The notes under the pieces were generated by a model. That model was given only the letters and a program-made list of their open reading frames with translations. It made no database searches and had not been told where the DNA came from. 64,000 nt of DNA from an uncultured Eubacteriales bacterium (GTDB lineage Bacteria > Bacillota > Clostridia > Christensenellales > Borkfalkiaceae): NCBI GenBank assembly GCA_900548285.1, contig URKE01000001.1:21274-85273 (forward strand), in the 5' to 3' direction. Shown piece after piece: positions 58,675 through 64,000 of the stretch. Position numbers and translations under genes: made by a program. How positions within the stretch are numbered: position 1 is the stretch's first letter; each line of letters opens with the position of its first letter.

Positions 58675-58965
58675 ATGACAACAAAACAGAGAAGTAAACT
58701 CAGATCGCTCGCGCAGAACATAGAGCCGGTAGGACAGGTCGGCAAGGGCGGATTGAGCGAAAATATGATAAGCGGTCTTTCGGACGCGCTCGAAAAAAGA
58801 GAACTCGTAAAAATAACCGTTCTCAACAATGCCGAGGACGATATTTCGGATATCGCGGCGGAACTCGCCGAAAAACTCGGCGCGGAAGTCGTGTGCGTTA
58901 TCGGGCATAAAGTGGTGCTTTACAGATTAAGCCATAAGGAAAACGTTAAACACATCGAGTTCTGA
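58675..58965 (+). CDS. yhbY: YhbY/CRS1-domain RNA-binding protein
   Basis: KQRSKLRSLAQNIEPVGQVGKGGLSENM motif. Confidence 0.85.
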   Translation: MTTKQRSKLRSLAQNIEPVGQVGKGGLSENMISGLSDALEKRELVKITVLNNAEDDISDIAAELAEKLGAEVVCVIGHKVVLYRLSHKENVKHIEF

Positions 58966-58993
58966 TAGTGGATTATACTACCGTGAGTGTCTT

Positions 58994-59791
58994 TTAAATG
59001 TTTCCGCCGGACGTTTTCGGCGCGAAAATTATCAGAATAACGGCAAAGAGCAGTAAAAGACAGCCCGCGATGGTGTAATAGATTTTAAACACCGCGAATC
59101 TGCCGAGAATAAGCGTGAGCGCGCCGTAAAAGGCGAACTTTTTTGCCTTTTTCCGGTCGAAAGCGGAAATTAAAATCGCGGGAATTTTCGGTTTGTATTC
59201 GCTCGGTCCGGCAAGATCGTCGTCCGGCGGGAGAAGCGCGCAGTTGTTTTCTTTCAGCAGGGGAAAAAGACTCGGAAAATCGACGAGAGTAATTCTCATG
59301 CCGAGATTTTTAGCGAAACCGACGGCTTTTTCGTCAAAAGAAACGGCGTAAAAAATTATCGAACAGCCTTTCGGCGAAAATTTATAGGCTTCGATTATTT
59401 CGTCCGCGCCGATCGGTCTTGACGAGAATTTATAAAAAGCGCGCGTGTTGTCGGGCAAAGCGAATCCGTGTTTCGTCGCCTGAGCCTGATTTTTTGTTTT
59501 CTTCAGAAAACGAAGCATCGTCTGTTCCACGATTTTGTCGTCCGAGAGCAGAAACGCGTTTTTGCATTTCATATATTCTTCCTCTTCGCTTTTTTTAACG
59601 GCGAGCGCGCCTGTTTTCTTTCCTGAAACGAAGATAAAAACGGTCAGCGCGATAATTGCCCCGAAAAACGAAGCGATAAGCGAGGGGATTCGTCTTTTGA
59701 GAAGATACGAAAGCGGCGCGTAAAACAGAATGAAAGACAAAAAGAACACGAAAACACAATCGGATATATAGGATATTTTGAATTTACTCAT
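58994..59791 (-). CDS. Hypothetical membrane protein
   Basis: 265 aa, N- and C-terminal TM segments. Confidence 0.45.
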   Translation of the reverse strand: MSKFKISYISDCVFVFFLSFILFYAPLSYLLKRRIPSLIASFFGAIIALTVFIFVSGKKTGALAVKKSEEEEYMKCKNAFLLSDDKIVEQTMLRFLKKTKNQAQATKHGFALPDNTRAFYKFSSRPIGADEIIEAYKFSPKGCSIIFYAVSFDEKAVGFAKNLGMRITLVDFPSLFPLLKENNCALLPPDDDLAGPSEYKPKIPAILISAFDRKKAKKFAFYGALTLILGRFAVFKIYYTIAGCLLLLFAVILIIFAPKTSGGNI

Positions 59792-59836
59792 ATTACTATT
59801 ATCGACAGAAAATCAAACGATGATAACGCGATATAT

Positions 59837-60985
59837 ATGAAAAAACTGATTTTTTTCGGCGGAACGTTCGATCCGCCGCATAACGAGCATATAGCCGAAC
59901 TGAAAGCGGCGATAGAAGAAACGGGCGCGGAAAAAGCGATTATCATGCCCACGTCCTCGCCGCCGCACAAGGAAACGTTTTTCAAGGCGACCGACGCGGA
60001 CAGGCTCGAGATGTGCCGCCTCGCTTTCGGCGATATCAACGGCGCCGAGGTTTCGGATTTTGAAATTAACGCCGGCGGGAAGAGTTATTCTTACGTCACG
60101 CTCGATTATTTGAAGAAAAAATATCCGGATTATAAAATCCTGTTTTTAATGGGAACGGATATGCTCGCATCGTTCGATAAGTGGAAATATCCCGAAAAAA
60201 TACTCTCGCTTGCCACGCCGCTGCTTTGCGAAAGAACGGGCGACGGGGAAACGAAAGAGATGACGTTGCGGCGGTTCAAAGAGAAATTCGGCGTTGAAGC
60301 ATGCTCTTTAAGTTACGTCGGAAAAGAGGTTTCGAGCAGCGAAATCAAGTTCGGAATTATGCTTGGTCTGCCGACCGATGGTATGCTGAAAAATGCCGTT
60401 AACGAATATATAGGCAGACATTCGGTGTATAAAGCGGACAAGTTTTTCGCTTTCGTCAAAGAGAACGAAAAGCCGAAAAGGGTTGAGCATACGCTCGGCG
60501 TTATGCTCATGGCAAAGGAAATCGCCGCGCGCGAGGGCGTTTCGCAAAGCAAGGCTCTTCTCGCCGCTCTTCTGCACGATTGCGGCAAATATTTAAGTCC
60601 CGAAGATTATCCCGGATGCGAGATTCCCGACGGTACGCCCGAACCTGTGATTCATCAATATCTCGGCGCGTATATCGCGGAAAAAGTTCTCGGCGTGGAG
60701 GACGAAGAGATTATCGACGCAATTCGTTACCACACGACGGGCAAACCGGATATGACGCTTTTGGGAAAGATAATTTTCACCGCCGATATGATCGAACGCG
60801 GCAGAAATTATGACGGCGTGGAAAATTTAAGACAAGCAACAAAAGAGAATTTTGAAAACGGTTTTAAAGCGGCTCTTCGCCGCTCGCTCGAATTCGTCAC
60901 CGAATCGGGCAGACCGGTTTGCGGGCTTACGAAAGAGGCCTATGACTATTATTTCAAACAGGAGAAACAAAATGGAAGCAATTGA
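59837..60985 (+). CDS. nadD: Nicotinate-nucleotide adenylyltransferase fused to HD-domain protein YqeK
   Basis: GGTFDPPH (H/T)xGH motif at the N-terminus. HD motif (HTLGV...LHDCGK) in the C-terminal half. Confidence 0.85.
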   Translation: MKKLIFFGGTFDPPHNEHIAELKAAIEETGAEKAIIMPTSSPPHKETFFKATDADRLEMCRLAFGDINGAEVSDFEINAGGKSYSYVTLDYLKKKYPDYKILFLMGTDMLASFDKWKYPEKILSLATPLLCERTGDGETKEMTLRRFKEKFGVEACSLSYVGKEVSSSEIKFGIMLGLPTDGMLKNAVNEYIGRHSVYKADKFFAFVKENEKPKRVEHTLGVMLMAKEIAAREGVSQSKALLAALLHDCGKYLSPEDYPGCEIPDGTPEPVIHQYLGAYIAEKVLGVEDEEIIDAIRYHTTGKPDMTLLGKIIFTADMIERGRNYDGVENLRQATKENFENGFKAALRRSLEFVTESGRPVCGLTKEAYDYYFKQEKQNGSN

Positions 60986-61319
60986 AAAAGCAAAAATAAT
61001 CTGCGACGTACTTTCGTCGAAAAAGGCTTACGACATAATCAGGTTGGACGTTAAGGAAAAAACCGTTCTTGCCGATTATTTCGTTATCTGTAGCGGAAAA
61101 TCTTCAACGCAGGTGCGCGCTTTGGCTGATTACGCTATCGACGAGGTCGAAAAGAACGGCGGCGAAGTCCGCAGAAAAGAAGGTATGGACGAGGGCAGGT
61201 GGGTAGTCGTCGATTTCGGCGACGTTATTCTGCACGTTTTCAACGACGAAACTCGTCTTTTCTATCATCTTGAAAGGCTTTGGTCTGACGGAAAGAACGA
61301 AGAGAAAATCGATTCCTGA
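60972..61319 (+). CDS. rsfS: Ribosomal silencing factor RsfS (Iojap)
   Basis: Conserved obg-yhbY-nadD-yqeK-rsfS order. 115 aa. Confidence 0.85.
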   Translation: MEAIEKAKIICDVLSSKKAYDIIRLDVKEKTVLADYFVICSGKSSTQVRALADYAIDEVEKNGGEVRRKEGMDEGRWVVVDFGDVILHVFNDETRLFYHLERLWSDGKNEEKIDS

Positions 61320-61429
61320 AAATTTTATCGTAAAAAGGACAGGCGAGGTTCTGCGACGGATATTTTACGGCGGAATTTAACGGCAAAAAAACGGGGCGGA
61401 GTTATCGCTCTTCCCATAGAGATTTTATT

Positions 61430-61465
61430 AAACTCGACTTTTTAAAGTCGAGTTTCTTTTTTTAT
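61430..61465 (+). terminator. Intrinsic terminator
   Basis: aaactcgactttttaaagtcgagtttcttttttt. Confidence 0.8.
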
Positions 61466-61539
61466 ATATAACAATTTGATTTTTTATTTGATATTTGATA
61501 TAATAATTTAAATAAAAGATAAATAGTTACGGGGAAAAT

Positions 61540-62001
61540 ATGTCTTATCAGTCTACATTGAACGAATATCTTCAAGTAATCGTTGGAAAAAAATTAGAAA
61601 AGTTGAACCTTGCTTGTGAAATGATGATGTTCTCATTTGAAGACTATGCTTTTCACGCATTAGGCTTAACAAGAATTATTCAAGATAATGATATCCTTGT
61701 AACGACTCTTGATTATCAAAATTGGGATAGGGAAAATGATGAGAATAACGACGAATCGTATTTTGTAAAAAAACACCGCGATAAGATTGAAGGTGGTGTT
61801 GTAATTTCGGTAAGTGTTCCCCCTTTATACGACGTTGAAATTGTTATGGATAATGGTATAAAAATCGAATTGTTTGTTAAAAATGGTTATAACCATTTTG
61901 ATGATGAAAATGAACAATGGGTATTTTTTAGACAAGATGACCATGCTCACCCTTTTATTAGTGTGTGGAGCAAATCTGTGGATATAGAAACAAACTGGTA
62001 A
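61540..62001 (+). CDS. Hypothetical protein, strongly AT-rich orphan gene
   Basis: 153 aa. GC about 15 points below the neighbours. Bracketed by terminators. Confidence 0.5.
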   Translation: MSYQSTLNEYLQVIVGKKLEKLNLACEMMMFSFEDYAFHALGLTRIIQDNDILVTTLDYQNWDRENDENNDESYFVKKHRDKIEGGVVISVSVPPLYDVEIVMDNGIKIELFVKNGYNHFDDENEQWVFFRQDDHAHPFISVWSKSVDIETNW

Positions 62002-62102
62002 TCTTTTAATTACAAACCTATATTTCTTTTATGGATAATTTTTTATAAAGTGTAGCACGCTATACTTTGCAAGCAAAGTTGTGTGTTTTTCAAAGCAAAA
62101 AT

Positions 62103-62135
62103 GAAAAGACTAACGAAAATTTTCGTTAGTCTTTT
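62103..62135. terminator. Bidirectional terminator
   Basis: aaaagactaacgaaaattttcgttagtctttt. Confidence 0.75.
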
Positions 62136-62183
62136 ATAATGCTCTAAAAAATCCCTATGGGAACTGCGTTTTTACGTTGTTTG

Positions 62184-62678
62184 TTATTTGTCGGTTTTAA
62201 CGTCTATAGGCATGCCGCAATAAGGGCATGTCGGGTTGGCTTCGTCGGAAAAATAATCGACCGGAGCGCCGCAACTCGGGCATTTCGCGCGGAGCGCGGT
62301 TCTGGCGGCTTTGGCGTTGTTGTTGTAAAACAACTTTTCGCCGTCGAACAACAAACCCGTTATATATCTTTTTTCGATTGCCGTCCGGATATCGTTTCTG
62401 ACGATTTCTTCGTTCTTACCGGTCTGAACGGCGATGTCCTTAACGCTATAAATATGTTCGGACATAACGCATTGAACGGTGTGATTCAGCGATACCGCCG
62501 AGCCGTAAAGGGAAAAGATAATCGGGCAAGCGTAAAAATCGAACGCGGTGAAAACGATTCCCATAACGAGAATAAGCGTGTTTTTCCCCGCGCCGATAAT
62601 AATCATCGGTATGCCGCCGACCAGAAGGATGGCGGAAAGTATTCCAAAAAACAATAACGTACGGATTTTCTTTTTCAT
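62184..62678 (-). CDS. Membrane protein with C-terminal zinc-ribbon (CPSCG...CPYCG)
   Basis: N-terminal signal/TM, 2 TM helices, C-terminal double CxxC. Confidence 0.5.
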   Translation of the reverse strand: MKKKIRTLLFFGILSAILLVGGIPMIIIGAGKNTLILVMGIVFTAFDFYACPIIFSLYGSAVSLNHTVQCVMSEHIYSVKDIAVQTGKNEEIVRNDIRTAIEKRYITGLLFDGEKLFYNNNAKAARTALRAKCPSCGAPVDYFSDEANPTCPYCGMPIDVKTDK

Positions 62679-62761
62679 AGTTGATATTATATACCGAAAT
62701 GTTTTTTATGTCAACCATTATTCTTTGATTGCATGCCAGACAAGAATAATACGAACCGTGG

Positions 62762-62885
62762 TCTGACGGCGAGTTTTTGACTAATACGTCGTTACGCTCG
62801 CGGCTTATACGTCAAGTATTAACCCGTTCGCGTGCCTCGTCTTAGCCTAAAAACTCACCGTCAGACTCGCAACCGACCAAAGCGC
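62762..62885 (+). repeat. Structured ~120 nt repeat element, copy 2 (intergenic)
   Basis: Core GTTTTTGACTAATACGTCGTT...TATTAAC...GTCTTAGCCTAAAAAC closed by stem gtctgacggcgag/ctcaccgtcagac. Outer inverted repeat tgccagacaag (62746) and cttgtctggca (62999). Confidence 0.7.
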
Positions 62886-63101
62886 CGATATTTTCGATGA
62901 TTTTTGACAAAGGCGAACGCAGACGTACTTGCCGTACTTCAAGCGAGAATTTGGCAAAAAGTGCGAAAATTGCGGCGTTTTGGCAAGGTTCGTTTTAATC
63001 TTGTCTGGCATAGTCGCGGCATAAAAAATTATAAAGAGAAAACCTGCCGTTAAACAACTTATAGACGACTTTTTGCGGATTGATTATAAAAAATCTTCTG
63101 C

Positions 63102-63539
63102 TTATAAAAATTTCTTCAAACGGTCCTCGTAAGTTTCTTCGAGGTCGGTAAGTTCTCTTGCGAAATCTTTAACCGTATCCGAAACGGGATCGTTGTTGTT
63201 TAAAATTTCGTGAAGTTCGGTTATACCCATAACGGTGCCTTTTATCATAAGTTCGGCAACGTGCGAAGCCGAATCGTCCGTAAGCGTGTTCATTTTAACC
63301 GATGCGAACATAACCGCCTTTTTAAGCGGGTTGATGTCCTTCGTTTCGGTGGACGTTTCTTTCATATAGGATGAAAGTCTGCCGATATATTTTTCGTAGC
63401 CGTCGTATTCGTCGGCGAGTTCCTTGCGCATATTTTCGTCGCTCACTTCGTTCACTATATCCGAAATCGTCTGCAACGCTATGTGCGCGTTTTTATAAAG
63501 CGAAACGAGAACCTCTTTGTCGATGTTGATTTGTTCCAT
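63102..63539 (-). CDS. Hypothetical protein
   Basis: 145 aa acidic helical protein. Confidence 0.45.
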   Translation of the reverse strand: MEQINIDKEVLVSLYKNAHIALQTISDIVNEVSDENMRKELADEYDGYEKYIGRLSSYMKETSTETKDINPLKKAVMFASVKMNTLTDDSASHVAELMIKGTVMGITELHEILNNNDPVSDTVKDFARELTDLEETYEDRLKKFL

Positions 63540-63689
63540 AAATAACTCCTTTGGAATAACTCCTTTTTGCCGGCAGATTTGTCCGAACGCAATCTCTTTC
63601 GGCTAAAAACAGTATGGTTTAAATGAAAAAAACAATGCAAAAACAATTGACAAAAAGATTTTTATGATATATAATCGTAAAGAACCGCT

Positions 63690-63760
63690 CGGAAAGGGAA
63701 GAAAGCTGCGTTTTAACGCCCCCGCGCTCCGGCGAGATTAGACAGGAGGTCTATTTTTCA
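63690..63760 (+). ncRNA. Ribosomal protein L21 leader-like 5' UTR
   Basis: Promoter TTGACA-N17-TATAAT at 63649-63678, then a structured leader (ccgctcggaaagggaag...cgcccccgcgctccggcg) upstream of rplU as in Firmicutes. Confidence 0.4.
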
Positions 63761-64000
63761 ATGTACGCAATCATCGAAAACGGAAGCAAACAGTACAGAG
63801 TTTCTGACGGCGACGTTGTTAACTTCGAAAAACTCGACGCTAACGTCGGCGATAAAGTCGAATTCAACGTTTTGCTTGTATCGGATGAAAACGGAATCAA
63901 GGTCGCGAAAGACGCGGCAGGATTCAAGGCAGTTGGCGAAGTAACCGCTCAGGCGAAGGACAAAAAGGTCATCGTCTTTAAGTACAAAGCCAAGAAGAAT
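63761..64000 (+). CDS. rplU: 50S ribosomal protein L21 (3' end beyond window)
   Basis: MYAIIENGSKQYRVSDGDVVNFEKL. RBS AGGAGG. Confidence 0.9.
   Translation, partial: MYAIIENGSKQYRVSDGDVVNFEKLDANVGDKVEFNVLLVSDENGIKVAKDAAGFKAVGEVTAQAKDKKVIVFKYKAKKN

Overview
This 64 kb window looks like a Bacillota (Clostridia-like) chromosome segment at roughly 45-50% GC; I cannot place it more precisely.

1. **Accessory island (about 1-11.7 kb).** It holds a truncated surface lipoprotein with BspA-type LRR and Listeria-Bacteroides repeats, a small vWA-like protein, and a GC-rich hairpin-dense spacer. Next is a minus-strand array: large serine recombinase, orphan AT-rich membrane protein, C5-MTase, HpaII-family REase, second C5-MTase, Vsr and an XRE controller. 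A divergent strongly promoted ~340 nt candidate ncRNA, two pMV158-like oriT nick-site copies and a frameshifted MobV relaxase follow. The island ends at a tRNA-fMet / tRNA-Met / tRNA-Glu cluster. I read it as an integrated mobilizable element carrying a CCGG-type R-M system.

2. **Core region (12-42 kb).** Housekeeping genes: tilS-hpt, ArsR-family regulator, fba, manA, lon-engB. An L-box (lysine) riboswitch precedes a fused SBP-permease plus ATPase polar amino acid ABC transporter, and an FMN (RFN) riboswitch precedes an ECF S-component. Then come tsaE-tsaB-rimI, an unusual Mur-ligase (MurF-like) with a polytopic N-terminal membrane domain, ddl, a ZIP zinc transporter, a PPTase, spoVG, murC, a DUF1846 protein, hydrolases, and an RHH protein translationally coupled to clpB.

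3. **Polysaccharide locus (43-54 kb).** A Wzx/Wzy-type locus: priming sugar transferase, epimerase, GT4, GT4, GT2, sulfotransferase-like protein, Wzy, Wzx, class-V aminotransferase, and a TagD-like cytidylyltransferase fused to a Gfo/Idh/MocA oxidoreductase.

4. **Right end (54-64 kb).** Cysteine desulfurase with a DUF3343 partner, nth, then obg-yhbY-nadD::yqeK-rsfS, an AT-rich orphan gene, and the L21 leader with the start of rplU.

5. **Most unusual observations.** (a) A 10-15 nt word, AATCGACTTATAGGC, is massively over-represented and almost entirely on one strand. It sits in coding regions in all three frames, so it looks like a polar DNA-level signal (uptake-signal, Chi or KOPS-like candidate). 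(b) A ~120 nt structured repeat has conserved loops and compensatory stem changes. One copy sits inside the P3 region of the FMN riboswitch, the other 37 kb away in an intergenic region. (c) There is a 25 nt TIR/MITE-like motif family. (d) The genome carries many short in-frame tandem duplications.
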